The notes under the pieces: generated by a model
Databases searched by the model: none
The model's input: the letters and a program-made list of their open reading frames with translations, nothing else
Told to the model about the DNA's origin: nothing
Part shown: in pieces, positions 10,801 to 20,996 of the stretch
Layout of the letters: every line of letters begins with the position of its first letter
Numbering within the stretch: the stretch's first letter is position 1
Program-made: the position numbers and the translations under genes
Source: Savitreella phatthalungensis
Lineage: Eukaryota
Assembly: GCA_051599415.1 (NCBI GenBank)
Contig: AP039700.1
Coordinates: forward strand, 1 to 64,000
Direction: 5' to 3'
DNA length: 64,000 nt

Positions 10801-12535
10801 CTCACTTCAGAGACTTGTTGTCACACATGATCACCTCCGTGGTGACTTGAGCCTGAGCGAGCTCTCGAAGAGCAGTGTCGATGTCTGTTCCGCTTTGTTG
10901 CTTCACAACGCGGTAACTGACCTGCCACATCCTTCCCAAGTGGCACGTGCGTTGGAGTTGGCACAAGATGTTCAGAAGCCTGCATGGAAGTTTGAGGCGC
11001 GCCGCCGGTGGTTTGCGGCACGGCGCAGGAACGGGCTTCGTGTCGAAGACATGGAGTGGGACAGCTTAGGCTCGACAGTCCCGAAACTGCATCTCCCCCC
11101 TGGTTATTCAGTTGTGCAGCTCACGATGGACTCATTGGCAAATAGCCTGCTTCTGACTCGACACACGCAGGACGAGCCAGACCCATTCCTGCTGCAGCTT
11201 CCTCTAGCGAGACATGCAGCCCGAGACGCGGATGAGGAAACGTTCTCGTATGCAATGGCATACACCGAGCTGCGTGACATTATCGATTCAAGCGATCAGT
11301 CTGCGAGGATCGCAAAAGACGTGCGCGACCGGAAGGCAAAGAATGAATGGTGGCGATCACGCAGACATCTGGACGAGCGCTTGGGACTGCTCGTCGAGAA
11401 CATTCAGACTTGCTGGCTTGGAGGGTTCCGTGGTGTCTTGACATATGGCTCGAGTGAAATGAGCGGAGCTTTTGAAACCTTTCGTCGGCAATTTGCCCGA
11501 ATCTTTCTCAAGCACATTCCGGCGGCACGCAATTCAAAGCTTGACGTCGATGTTCGTCTGTTGCGCCTTTTCACCGATCTAGGTCCTGTGCATGATGAGG
11601 ATGCGCTTGCGGTGATCGAAGATCTCCTCTACTTCATGCTCGACCTTTACCAATTTCGAGGACAAGCGGTCGCATACGATGAAGTCGACGTGGATCAAAT
11701 GACGGCAGATGTTCAGGCCGCGCTCGGCACGTACCACGACAAGGCTGGCATGAGGGAAGACAAGCATCTCGTTCTTATCCTCGACCGTCGTCTGGAGGAT
11801 TTCCCATGGGAGTCAATCCCATGTCTCCGGGGTAGGTCTGTCTCTCGCATGCCCAGCTTCGCTGCTTTGCAGATGGCTCTTCGGTCTCCTCGGCCTACAG
11901 CCAGGCGACAGTCTGGCACATACGTGCTCAATCCGGGTAAAGACCTTCAGACGACGCAAGCGACCTTCGAAGGTCCATTGAACGCCCTCGGCTGGACCGG
12001 ATGGACTTCGGCAACGCCGGATGAGGCGACCTTGATCGACGCTATCACGACGAAGGATATCTTCATCTATTTCGGCCATGGCGGAGCAGAACAATACATC
12101 AGGGCAAGCAAGCTCAAGCGCACGATTGGTACGGCTGGTGTTGCTATTCTCATGGGATGCAGCTCCGGCATGATGCATAAGCAGGGATGCTTTGATTCAT
12201 GGGGGACGCCGCTGAACTATCTGATCGCTGGCTCGCCTTGCATCGTCGCGAATCTCTGGGACGTGACAGACAAGGACATCGATCGCTACGCTATTGCCAT
12301 GCTCGGCCGCTGGGGCCTGACGACTGACCAAGACCTTAGGATGACCAACTCGACAACAATGAATACAGAGAAACGCCCAACGACAACAAACTCAACGTCA
12401 AGTGACACGACGGCTGAATCAACAAGCAGGCTCGACTTGTGCAGGTCGGCAGCACAGTCACGAGATGCTTGTCTATTGCGCTACCTGAACGGCGCGGCGC
12501 CTGTGGTGTATGGACTCCCTGTCTCTCTCTCATAG
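7892..12535 (+). CDS. ESP1: Separase (peptidase C50)
   Basis: 1547 aa. C-terminal WW..R..LD, CWLGGFRG, FPWESIPCL, VSRMPS, YVLNPGKDL, YFGHGGAEQY (catalytic His), LMGCSSG (catalytic Cys), NLWDVTDKDID, LNGAAPVVYGLP. Confidence 0.96.
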   Translation: MPTTRRRNDGGLAQAVRGITNVRDGDVKLLNGVKEVLTKAREDEAVQLLRCALTRLSGQPPARTRDLLLAICATCHAALRPTAESGVVCCNYIGMLVEFKLFEDAHTKSMVTLSRYGATRQIVLPETTVDDIGLTLALTMQLQFLRCAKVCDLAIADDAILDGPIRLVKLQLEADPYEGSKFLTFLAGLSRELDIGLHPQMRLFAMQEDADVRPLLTSIARLRIKPAALDESLQRELEILWPRLERFATDAVYDGLETIQGKPFWSRPRPSVGLFATMDDLVRQKSDWLEAANLIQSVETAKTTTPAQARTFLQFLNLYRESLGKLELRQRAEVLEQLISIVRKLATDAKTALTARRLLIAALPDMMGEMTTRSVSSPLHESNLSGLVDLCEGESLRLLRLQLHNTAGRCFNAKAWFSAALCFDAYMRCETDVAPEKFRYTWTAYLKANEPVMAIRVMIASMRPANSAPETIALTIRTALALDNLPDDVFLNCSAREALLEQLLQHASHQKTARLARLLMLDDAPGLLCRAATLADLAGDTALREEMIGKVIEPKGLDAIEVTLLEESDGYSAAQAAISALAKAEFCQRSRRLLVSAYHRCVAGKYSALLLELACNPWRHQVPELRSPAFMLAVAQAAMHDDMDAVAEAALAAGRLETPPSPERELLYLQLACLNGDDGMARATLARVRSWFATLLPRPSLDDHARFLRVFGQWARYSGDHGSAADALAEVIAIRRKLLGKRVGPDLDQQLSRINLDEESHDQLKLTSSLADAHAELAAVLEHSGVVQEASFHRDEAHRLTAGQSSLAQLEHMLAQSSLKSRSRWEEAEVRDLSRLPAHIAALHNVHAAAILHHKGQLDKSRVLLSAAMTAPGDSAINAMLQRALKMTRHDEHPLMRQVLTKATHQLLICCPNLEPDRSSEYTRAHFDLAAAVAKLCNEPILGSLRDSVLCFPSIQRSKHREQPFPQLADSLQRLVVTHDHLRGDLSLSELSKSSVDVCSALLLHNAVTDLPHPSQVARALELAQDVQKPAWKFEARRRWFAARRRNGLRVEDMEWDSLGSTVPKLHLPPGYSVVQLTMDSLANSLLLTRHTQDEPDPFLLQLPLARHAARDADEETFSYAMAYTELRDIIDSSDQSARIAKDVRDRKAKNEWWRSRRHLDERLGLLVENIQTCWLGGFRGVLTYGSSEMSGAFETFRRQFARIFLKHIPAARNSKLDVDVRLLRLFTDLGPVHDEDALAVIEDLLYFMLDLYQFRGQAVAYDEVDVDQMTADVQAALGTYHDKAGMREDKHLVLILDRRLEDFPWESIPCLRGRSVSRMPSFAALQMALRSPRPTARRQSGTYVLNPGKDLQTTQATFEGPLNALGWTGWTSATPDEATLIDAITTKDIFIYFGHGGAEQYIRASKLKRTIGTAGVAILMGCSSGMMHKQGCFDSWGTPLNYLIAGSPCIVANLWDVTDKDIDRYAIAMLGRWGLTTDQDLRMTNSTTMNTEKRPTTTNSTSSDTTAESTSRLDLCRSAAQSRDACLLRYLNGAAPVVYGLPVSLS

Positions 12536-12554
12536 CAACGAAATGGTTGCACAT
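12533..12554 (+). promoter_or_regulatory. Histone-upstream dyad element (H1 copy) TAGCAAC-N6-GTTGC
   Basis: TAGCAACGAAATGGTTGCACAT closely matches the reverse complement of the elements at 18236 and 18608. It overlaps the separase stop codon. Confidence 0.55.
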
Positions 12555-12963
12555 TTCTTTTGACAGCTGTTCCATGAGAAATGCAGGCAGTTCACCTTCC
12601 AAATCTTGTAAATTATGCATTCACCGTCCTCGTCAGCCCATTCAGCCGAGCTGAATTAAGCACTATTGTTTACCTCGATTATTTGTTTTGCATCGAATTT
12701 CGGTCGCGTTAATAGGTGATCCACTCTCGGCAGTGACAGGCTGCGAGGGAAGGAGGAATGGTATGAGGTAGTATCACTACCCTGCACCTGCGCCCGCGAC
12801 CCCATCATCCCTTTCGCATGTTTGCTCATCCATCGCTGTCGAGGACACCACACGACACGCCTATACCTAGGTCGCTGTGTCCTTACAGCGCGCTCTCATC
12901 AACCAATTCTTGCCCATCCTGGAGACTGTTAAGGAGCTCATCTCTACTGTGACCGACGCCATC

Positions 12964-13590
12964 ATGCCGCCGAAGAAGACCACGACTGCTGCACCTAAGA
13001 AGAAGGCTGCGCCTGCTGCCGCGGGCTCGAGCAAGAGCTCGCGCAAGGATGCTGAGCACCCGCCATTCCAGGAGATGATCACTGAGGCTATTGTCGCTCT
13101 TAAGGACCGCGCAGGCTCCTCCCGCCAGGCTTTGAAGAAGTACATCCTCGAGAACTACAAAGTGAACGAGACCCTCTTCAACAAGGCCTTCAACCGCTAT
13201 CTTAGCAGCGGTGTTGACGCAGGCCACTTTGTTCAGCCCAAGGGTCCTTCTGGCCCCGTCAAGCTCAACTCCAAGGCTGATGCTCCGAAGAACCCGGCTG
13301 CGAAGGCTGCAAAGAAGGCCGCAGCCGCGTCAAAGAAGGCGGCCAGTGGCGAGAAGACGCCTGCTGCGGTGAAGAAGACCGCTGCGCCTGCCAAGAAGGC
13401 CGCGACAGCCAAGAAGGCCGCGCCTGCAAAGAAGGATGCAGCCAAGCCCGCGGCGACGAAGAAAGCCCCTGCAAAGAAGGCAGCAGCGATTCCGAAGAAG
13501 ACATCTTCTGCTGGTGTGAAGAAGGCTGCGCCGAAGAAGAAGGTCGCTGCTGCTTCTCAGGCCAAGAGCAAGGCTACCAAGAGCAAGTAG
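12964..13590 (+). CDS. HHO1: Linker histone H1
   Basis: Globular domain [30 protein letters not shown]...[13 protein letters not shown] followed by a K/A/P-rich tail. ATG at 12964. Confidence 0.95.
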   Translation: MPPKKTTTAAPKKKAAPAAAGSSKSSRKDAEHPPFQEMITEAIVALKDRAGSSRQALKKYILENYKVNETLFNKAFNRYLSSGVDAGHFVQPKGPSGPVKLNSKADAPKNPAAKAAKKAAAASKKAASGEKTPAAVKKTAAPAKKAATAKKAAPAKKDAAKPAATKKAPAKKAAAIPKKTSSAGVKKAAPKKKVAAASQAKSKATKSK

Positions 13591-13920
13591 ACCATCCGCC
13601 TGGGAGCGTTCCAGAGATCACGGGAGGAACGATCACACCGGCCTGTATAATATATAGCCATCTATCGAATATGTACATACGTACTTGCTAAAAATAGGTT
13701 TCGACGAAGTGATTGAGAACGTGCAAGTGATTGGATTTGAATCTATTGATGCACATGCAGGGATGAAAGGATCCTGTATTCTGATTCCGCATGGACTCCG
13801 ATTTGTGATACGTGTGTTCAACGTCGACAGTACAGCGCGATGCGGATGTTGCAAGGTGTCTGACTCTTCATTTCTCAACTATAGCTGTGGCAACCACAGG
13901 AACCAAGCTTCTTCTCCGCC

Positions 13921-16900
13921 ATGCTTGCCATCTTGGCAGCCTTCCTGAGTCATGCATCGGCTGGCGAAGTTACAGTCTCCTTACGAGGCCCAGCGAGCTA
14001 TGTGCAGCCAGGGGCTGCCGCTCTCGTGATAGAGACCTTGGCCCATGTCGACCGCCAAAAGTACTGCAGACTGATAGCGGATCTAGCCAACGAACCTCTA
14101 TCGAATGGATCAGATGTTGTTGCCGACCTGTTGAAACGGAGTGGCGTCACCGATGTTCAGGCGGACGCCATTTGGCTGAGTCTTGGTTTCAACGAGTTTG
14201 GTCCCGCGGCAGCACAAAACTTCACGACGTCCAGGGCTCGCTGTGGTCCGTCGAACGGCAGAAAGGTCGCCACAGACTTCTTGAGTCCATTTGATTATGA
14301 GCCGGGGATGCAGGTGCAATATCTGGCACCAGAACCCACAGGTGACATTCTCATGACCGGCTTTGGTGGCTCGCTCGACCTTAAGCGAACAGATTACTTG
14401 GTTATTGATGACGACGGTTCTGCTGGAAAGATCAGAGATGATAGCAACATGCTCGAGCGGTTGACCGCAAAAGAGATTGGGAACATCGGACTTCGGGCTG
14501 TCTCGCACATCATTAATGCCGATGATCCTATGGCAGCTTTCGTCGACGTTTCCCAGAATTTTCCCCCCGGGCTCGTCACTTGCTGAAATCCAAAGTCTCG
14601 CGCGAACTGAAGGAAGCTTGTTCGCAGACCAAGCAGACAATCCCAGGTAACGCTTTCGTCCTCAATGGTGTGCAATTCGAGCCAGAGCTCGATCGCCTGC
14701 TGCCGTTCATGCGCGATGAACTGGCTCTGATGTCGGCACTGCGTGAACAAGGACTATCATACGAGCAGGCAATCTCACTATTGGCACTCGATGCTGAGGC
14801 TGCAACTGATCGACTGGATCGATTTGACGTACGATCTGAAGCTGTACACTATTTGAACGACTTCGAAGCAGACGAGATGTACGAGAGCTGGCCACGGGAT
14901 CTTTCAGTCTTCCAGAGGCCCTTGTATCCCGGGCAATTCCACACCCTTGGACGCAACTTCCACACGCTTATCTTCCCGGCAGATCTGACAACTGCCGCAG
15001 ATGTAGAACGGATATCACAGTATCTGACACTCATTCGACGAGGTATCCCGTTGCGTTTTGGCTTTGTGCCCCTTGTCGAAACTGCCGAGCAGCGGCAAGC
15101 GATGGCAGCCTTTGCAGAAGTGCACAAAGTGCGTAGCGTCGAGCAAGCCGTCGAGCTCTTGCGTGCGGCTGCCATTGACAACGATCTGGCTAGACCATTC
15201 GGGAAGCTGATGAAGCAGGCTCCGGAGGGTCCGATGGCGCTCACATCTCTAGACGATCTCCAGGACCCTGATGAGTGCACCGCAGCCTCCGATTGGGTCT
15301 TGCGATTCGGAGGGAATGCATTCATTAACGGCATCAGAGTTGATCTGAGCGGTGACTCACTGCAGAAGATCGCACAGTACATGCGAGACGACACTGGCAT
15401 GACGCAGGAGCTGGTCATGTCGGATGATGTACAACGTCTGCTGTTGATGAATGATCTTCAGGACATTTTTCTGGCCGGCGCAAACCTCAGGTATTCTTCG
15501 GCTCTCTATGGCGACCGAAAATACCTCAAAATGGCTGAGGTCGCTGAATTACAGCACAGATGTGATAAGGACTTCGATATCGTTTCGTCGGGCTTGACCT
15601 GGCCAATTGAGCAGACCGCATTGCCTCGCGGATGTATTACTGCTTTGGACGGCCGAGGCGAGCCGCGGATCGTGATCAATGGCCGAGTCGTTGAGCAGCT
15701 TCCTATCGAGGATCTCGACACCTTGCTCGAGCAAGAGGACGCTGAGGCTTCCAGAGTCCGCAAGCTTGCTCAATCCGTGGGCGCAGTCTTCTCGTCGCGC
15801 CTGCTGACGATCCTAAGATCTGGACGGGGTCTGATGCGCGTCGAGATCCCTGAAGTTCAAGGTCTCAACAGCTTTACGACCGGTCAGAAGGATGCGCCTC
15901 TTCAATTCCGCATTTTCGTGGATCCCTTGACGAAGCAGGCACAAAGATGGTCAGCTATCGCTCAGCGTCTGAGTGGCATGTCTGGCGTGGCGGTCTCAAT
16001 CACATTCTCGCCGCAGTTCAATTTGAAAGAATTGCCACTGAAAAGATACTATCGTCTAGCGCTTCCCGGTCGATACGACATAGCTACGAGATCGGAGCTA
16101 AGATTCGAGAACCTTCCTTCAGACTTGCTAGTATTCGAGCTCGATCCTTGGGACAGTTGGGGCATCGTGCCCGTCGTGGCAGCCGAAGACCTCGACAACC
16201 TCCAGTTGAGCTCATCATCTCAGGTCGAGGCAGTCTTCCAGATTGATCACGTCCTGGTGCAAGGTCACGCGCGCGAGGTGAATTCCGAAAGACCGCCTAG
16301 AGGCGCTCAGGTTGAGCTGAGAGGTTACGATGACACTGTTGTGGCCGAGACGATCGTCATGGCTAACTTGGGCTATTTCCAACTCAAGGCGCAATTGGGC
16401 ACGTACACGCTGGCCCTCAAGCCTGGTCGGACGACTGATGTCTTCAAATTCAGTGACCTGGATGTCGAGGTTCTGGGATGGTCGGGAGTGACGATCCGGC
16501 CGCGTTTGGCCCGCAACAAGGGTATGGAAGCCGCGGATGTGCTTGAAGGGCTCGGAAAGAGTAAGAAGTCCCTGTGGGACACCGTCCGTGGCAGACAGGA
16601 CAAGCAGCCCATCAACATCTTTACGGTGGCCAGTGGACATTTGTATGAGCGCTTTGTGTACATCATGTGCACGTCCGTTATGGAGCACACGAAACAGAAC
16701 GTCAAGTTTTGGTTCATTTCCAACTTCCTTTCGCCTCAATTCCGGCGCTTTATTCCTCACCTTGCAGCAGAACTCGGTTTTGACTACGAGTTCATCACAT
16801 TCTCATGGCCAAATTGGCTGCGTCGACAGACCGAGAAGCAACGCATCATCTGGGGCTATAAGATCTTATTCTTGGACGTCATGTTCCCGCTCGATGTCGA

Positions 16901-17564
16901 CAAGGTCATCTTTGTCGACGCAGATCAGGTCGTTCGAGCAGATCTGCAAGAGCTTGTAGACGAGGACCTGGACGGAAAGGTGTGGGGTTACACGCCAATG
17001 TGCGATTCGCGAAAGGAGATGGAGGGCTATCGTTTCTGGAAGAAGGGTTACTGGAAGGACTTCCTCCAGGGAAAACCATATCATATCTCAGCCTTGTATG
17101 TGATTGACCTGTTCGCCTTCAGGCAGCAGGCCATCGGAGATCGCCTCCGCCAACAATATCACCAGCTGTCTGCCGATCCGGCGTCGCTCTCGAACCTGGA
17201 TCAGGATCTCCCAAACAATATGCAGCATCAAGTCCCGATCCACTCTCTTCCACAAGAATGGCTGTGGTGCGAGACCTGGTGCGACGATAAATCTCTGAAA
17301 AAGGCAAAGACGATCGATTTGTGTCAAAATCCAGAAACCAAGGAGCCGAAGCTTGATCGTGCACGTCGTCAGCTTCCAGAGTGGACCGAGTTCGATGAAC
17401 GTGTCAAGAGCCTCGCTCGCAAGGTGGCTGTCAAACACCAGCATTTGGGTAGCATTACAAGCGATGTGGACGAAGTCGGACAGAATATCGCCATGGTGCG
17501 CGAGCAAGAAGCTGTCGTACAGGTTGATCGCGTGGACGGCGCTTCTGGTCACGACGAGCTTTAG
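13921..17564 (+). CDS. UDP-glucose:glycoprotein glucosyltransferase (UGGT, Gpt1/Kre5 family), split by a single frameshift at the C6 run 14563-14568
   Basis: The first ORF has a signal peptide, GFGGSLDLKRTDYLVIDD and SQNFP. The second ORF has IVMANLGYFQLKA, the GT24 domain (INIFTVASGHLYERF, IIWGYKILFLDVMFP, FVDADQ, LSNLDQDLPN, WLWCETWC) and a C-terminal HDEL. Adding one C fuses them into about 1214 aa. Confidence 0.92.
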
Positions 17565-17667
17565 ATGACAATACAATTTCGAACTCAACTCACTGCATCG
17601 AGATATTTGTACAGGCCTTGAGGCCAACAGTGTATTGCTATATACAAGGTGTAGAATCGCTATGCGC

Positions 17668-18066
17668 TTAAAGCACCTGGGAGTCGCCGCCCTTCTTCTC
17701 GGTCTTCTTGGGGAGAAGCGAGGTGTGGATGTTGGGCAGGACACCGCCCTGAGCAATGGTGACGTTGCCGAGCAGCTTGTTGAGCTCCTCGTCGTTGCGG
17801 ATGGCGAGCTGCAGGTGACGGGGAATGATACGGGTCTTCTTGTTGTCACGGGCGGCGTTGCCGGCAAGCTCGAGAATTTCAGCTGCAAGGTACTCCAGAA
17901 CGGCAGCAAGGTAGACAGGTGCACCGGCACCGACACGCTGAGCGTAGTTGCCGCGACGCAGCAGACGGTGGACACGGCCGACGGGGAAGGCCAGACCGGC
18001 CTTGGATGAACGGCTCTGCGATGCCTTGGCGGTCGCGGCCTTGCCTCCAGACTTTCCTCCAGACAT
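17668..18066 (-). CDS. HTA1: Histone H2A
   Basis: [20 protein letters not shown]...[31 protein letters not shown]...[13 protein letters not shown]; ends in SQVL. Confidence 0.98.
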   Translation of the reverse strand: MSGGKSGGKAATAKASQSRSSKAGLAFPVGRVHRLLRRGNYAQRVGAGAPVYLAAVLEYLAAEILELAGNAARDNKKTRIIPRHLQLAIRNDEELNKLLGNVTIAQGGVLPNIHTSLLPKKTEKKGGDSQVL

Positions 18067-18235
18067 GATAATAAGGGTTTTGTATGTGTGTGGGAAGAGG
18101 GTTGATGTGTAGTTGAAGACCCTCGAAGGATGGGGGGCAACTCTCCTTATGTAGCGAAAGAGGGACGCGCAACGTCGGTTGTCCTCAGGGATTGCGATAC
18201 ACGCACAGGTGACCGCGTCGCAGATGCAATAACTT

Positions 18236-18257
18236 CATGGCAACCAATTAGTTGCTA
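18236..18257. promoter_or_regulatory. Histone-upstream dyad element (H2A-proximal)
   Basis: CATGGCAACCAATTAGTTGCTA, 170 bp from the H2A ATG, with ACGCG/CGCG sites nearby. Confidence 0.6.
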
Positions 18258-18607
18258 TTTGGCGTGAATATCGCCGTGTGGCGCAGTCTCATGAGAAGAC
18301 GAAAATTGGATTTCAGTAAGCCAGGCGGTGATAGGTAAATGCGGTCAAATGAAATTTCTATACAGCTCGATGCATAATGTGTTAACACAAGTGAAGCTCA
18401 AGTAGCGCCTAGATGATGCTTCCATGGAGGCTATAGAGTGACAGATCATCATGCCCTTGTCATCAAGGCTTTTGCATTCCATCGTGAGTTGCAGATGTAC
18501 ATGGACATTCGGATCTCCGTGCATCCAGATTTGAGCGTTTCACTTATCAAATGTGTATCTTTGTGTTTGTAGTACGTGCGTTCAAAAGTGTGGCTGAAAT
18601 TCAGTCA

Positions 18608-18630
18608 CATGGCAACCAAATTCGTTGCTA
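18608..18630. promoter_or_regulatory. Histone-upstream dyad element (H2B-proximal)
   Basis: CATGGCAACCAAATTCGTTGCTA, about 177 bp from the H2B ATG, followed by two GACGCG sites. Confidence 0.6.
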
Positions 18631-18806
18631 CGCAGACGCGGCAGCCGACGAGACGCGCTCATGCATGCCCCTGCGTCGCCGACAGCAACCATCATCCTCT
18701 CACACAACCCATTCATAAAGAGCGCGCCTTCCCTTCTCGCTTCGACTTTCATCCACACTCAAGATCCCTTCCACCCCTCCCACCACACACATCTCTCATT
18801 ACAACA

Positions 18807-19232
18807 ATGGCACCCAAGGCCGCTGAACCCGCACAGAAGAAGCCCGCCTCCAAGGCTCCGGCCAAGGCACCCGCAGAGAAGAAGGACACTGCCGGCAAGA
18901 AGACCGTGTCTGCCTCTGGCGAGAAGGGCAAGAAGAAGGCTGCCGTCCGCAAGGAGACCTACTCGTCGTACATCTACAAGGTGCTCAAGCAGGTGCACCC
19001 TGACACCGGTATCTCTGGCAAGGCCATGTCTATCCTCAACTCGTTCGTGAACGACATTTTCGAGCGTGTCGCTACAGAGGCTTCCAAGTTGGCTGCTTAC
19101 AACAAGAAGTCGACCATCTCCTCGCGCGAGATCCAGACTGCCGTCCGTCTTATCCTTCCTGGAGAGCTTGCCAAGCACGCCGTTTCTGAGGGCACCAAGG
19201 CTGTGTCCAAGTACTCGTCCTCGTCTGCTTAG
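18807..19232 (+). CDS. HTB1: Histone H2B
   Basis: MAPKAAE...[23 protein letters not shown]...[35 protein letters not shown] at 18807; divergent from H2A. Confidence 0.98.
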   Translation: MAPKAAEPAQKKPASKAPAKAPAEKKDTAGKKTVSASGEKGKKKAAVRKETYSSYIYKVLKQVHPDTGISGKAMSILNSFVNDIFERVATEASKLAAYNKKSTISSREIQTAVRLILPGELAKHAVSEGTKAVSKYSSSSA

Positions 19233-19323
19233 GCGCTGTCTCACATCGAGGCCTGTAAATAGATACTACTACGCCGACGAAACGATCGTTAGTTTGTACA
19301 TCCCTTCCTCCACGTCCCGTTGT

Positions 19324-20232
19324 CTATCTTGTCTTGCCGTCCCAGAGTCCACCGAGAGAGTCCATGAAATACTTCGGCTTGATGGGTGCTGCCTCGCCGC
19401 GAAAGTCGCTCTCCTGTGACACGCCTGTGAGCACGAGCAAGCTGCCGCCCATACCTGCGTTGTGGGCAAACTGGATATCTGTGTTGAGGCGGTCGCCAAT
19501 GAAGCAAGTCCGCCGTTTGTCGAACTGCATCTTGGCCTCGATCGCGTCGAGCATCTCCGCATTCGGCTTGCCGAGCGCTTTGCCCTCACGACCGGTGGCG
19601 AAGAGAAGCGGTGCGGAGACAGAGCCGGCTCCTGGGAACAGGGTGCCGTGCGTTGGATAGGTCGAGTCGATATTTGTCATCAGCAGATGAACATCTGGGT
19701 TGCGTAGGTACTGGAATGCTCGAGAGAGCTTCTTGTAGTTGATGTGTCGATCTAGTCCGCAGAGGACGGCGCCAATCTTGGGATCAGGCCTCATCGATCT
19801 GTACTCTTCGTCCGTCATCGGCTGTCGTTCCGTCGGATCTGTGCCACCGCAATACCGGACTCCCTCATCCCGCAGCTCGGCCTCGATTCCTTCTTCTCCG
19901 ATCACGTAGACCTCCTTGTCTTCTGGTAGCTTGAGCACTCGCTTTATGTAGACGGCGGATGCATAGGCAGAACCGAATATCTCGTCCAGCTCTGCCTGGA
20001 TGCCCATCGAGGTAAGCTTCTTGCGATAGTCCGTCCGTGACTTGGTGGAGTTGTTCGTCACAAAGACGACACGCTTGCCGCGCTGACGAAGCATATCGAG
20101 GACGTCTGTGACGTTTGGCAGTAGATCATTTCCGTGCCAGAGGACGCCGTCGCAATCAAAGAGGAAGACATCGTATTGAGAGAGAAAGTCCTCGATTGCA
20201 TCGCGCTCGACCAGCTTGATTGGCTCGGCCAT
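19324..20232 (-). CDS. PHO13: HAD-IIA 4-nitrophenylphosphatase / phosphoglycolate phosphatase
   Basis: FLFDCDGVLW, FVTNNSTKSR, GKP and IGDRLNTDIQF motifs. Confidence 0.93.
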   Translation of the reverse strand: MAEPIKLVERDAIEDFLSQYDVFLFDCDGVLWHGNDLLPNVTDVLDMLRQRGKRVVFVTNNSTKSRTDYRKKLTSMGIQAELDEIFGSAYASAVYIKRVLKLPEDKEVYVIGEEGIEAELRDEGVRYCGGTDPTERQPMTDEEYRSMRPDPKIGAVLCGLDRHINYKKLSRAFQYLRNPDVHLLMTNIDSTYPTHGTLFPGAGSVSAPLLFATGREGKALGKPNAEMLDAIEAKMQFDKRRTCFIGDRLNTDIQFAHNAGMGGSLLVLTGVSQESDFRGEAAPIKPKYFMDSLGGLWDGKTR

Positions 20233-20996
20233 CTATCTCTAGCTCGGTATATGGTGTTCCTTCCTGTCCTGCTCTTGTCACTACTTGAACTGTAACCTAG
20301 ACAGACACGTGCCCAGTTGTTCCTTCGGTCAGTCCTGAGACTGGTGTACACGTGGCTTGCATCCCGTTACCCGTGCCCGTGCAGGTGCACTTGGTAGCAG
20401 TGTGATGAAGGCTCAGCTGAGCCAAACTCCAGAATCACAGTCGATTGCTATGCTGTCCATCTCCAGTTGGCGCGTATCGAATATTGATGTGATTTTGTTC
20501 TTTCCATGCATTCACATAAAATTCGGGTAATTTTTTTACTTTTTCTGGTACTTGAATGCGTGTGGTGCGATAATGCAGTGCCTACCTTGAATCTGTTTGA
20601 TTGGCCTGGTCAATATTGTGCTTCTTCCCTTTCGGGCAGGTCGAAAATCTGCGACATCGACGTTCAATGCAACGACGTCAACAGTCATAGGTACCTTCTT
20701 CCCGTGACACTGTAGAATACTGACCAGAGCTCACGCGTCATCCAGTGTGGCAGCATCCCATCTGCAGCATCTGACTGAAGCCTTCTTCAAAATTCAGTCA
20801 AGTATTCTGCCGTGACCTTGCATCGGTCTTCCAGCTCCGAGTGTCGACAGAGCAGAGGCCGCGTGTCCGAATTCGTTGCTCGCTGCGGTGCATTGGGCCG
20901 GGTCAAGACTGTCGTCAGATCACTCGATCCAATTCCGCGATTGACCTGGGGATTCGTGAAACTTCAACTCGACCTTGCTAGTAATCGACCACAGCC

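Noticed and set aside
14551..14590. Programmed -1 ribosomal frameshift in UGGT
   Set aside because: No canonical slippery heptamer; a homopolymer error is far more parsimonious in a nanopore assembly.
18071..18097. Two AACCCT motifs near the H2A start resembling the S. pombe AACCCT box
   Set aside because: Within about 30 bp of the ATG (likely 5' UTR), not tandem, and not mirrored at H2B or H1.
17088..18140. 350-aa minus-strand ORF across H2A/UGGT, and similar shadow ORFs (31586-32557, 18759-19244)
   Set aside because: Alternative-frame or antisense shadows of codon-biased genes.
20410..20423. 14-bp perfect palindrome GGCTCAGCTGAGCC
   Set aside because: A few palindromes of this size are expected by chance in 64 kb.
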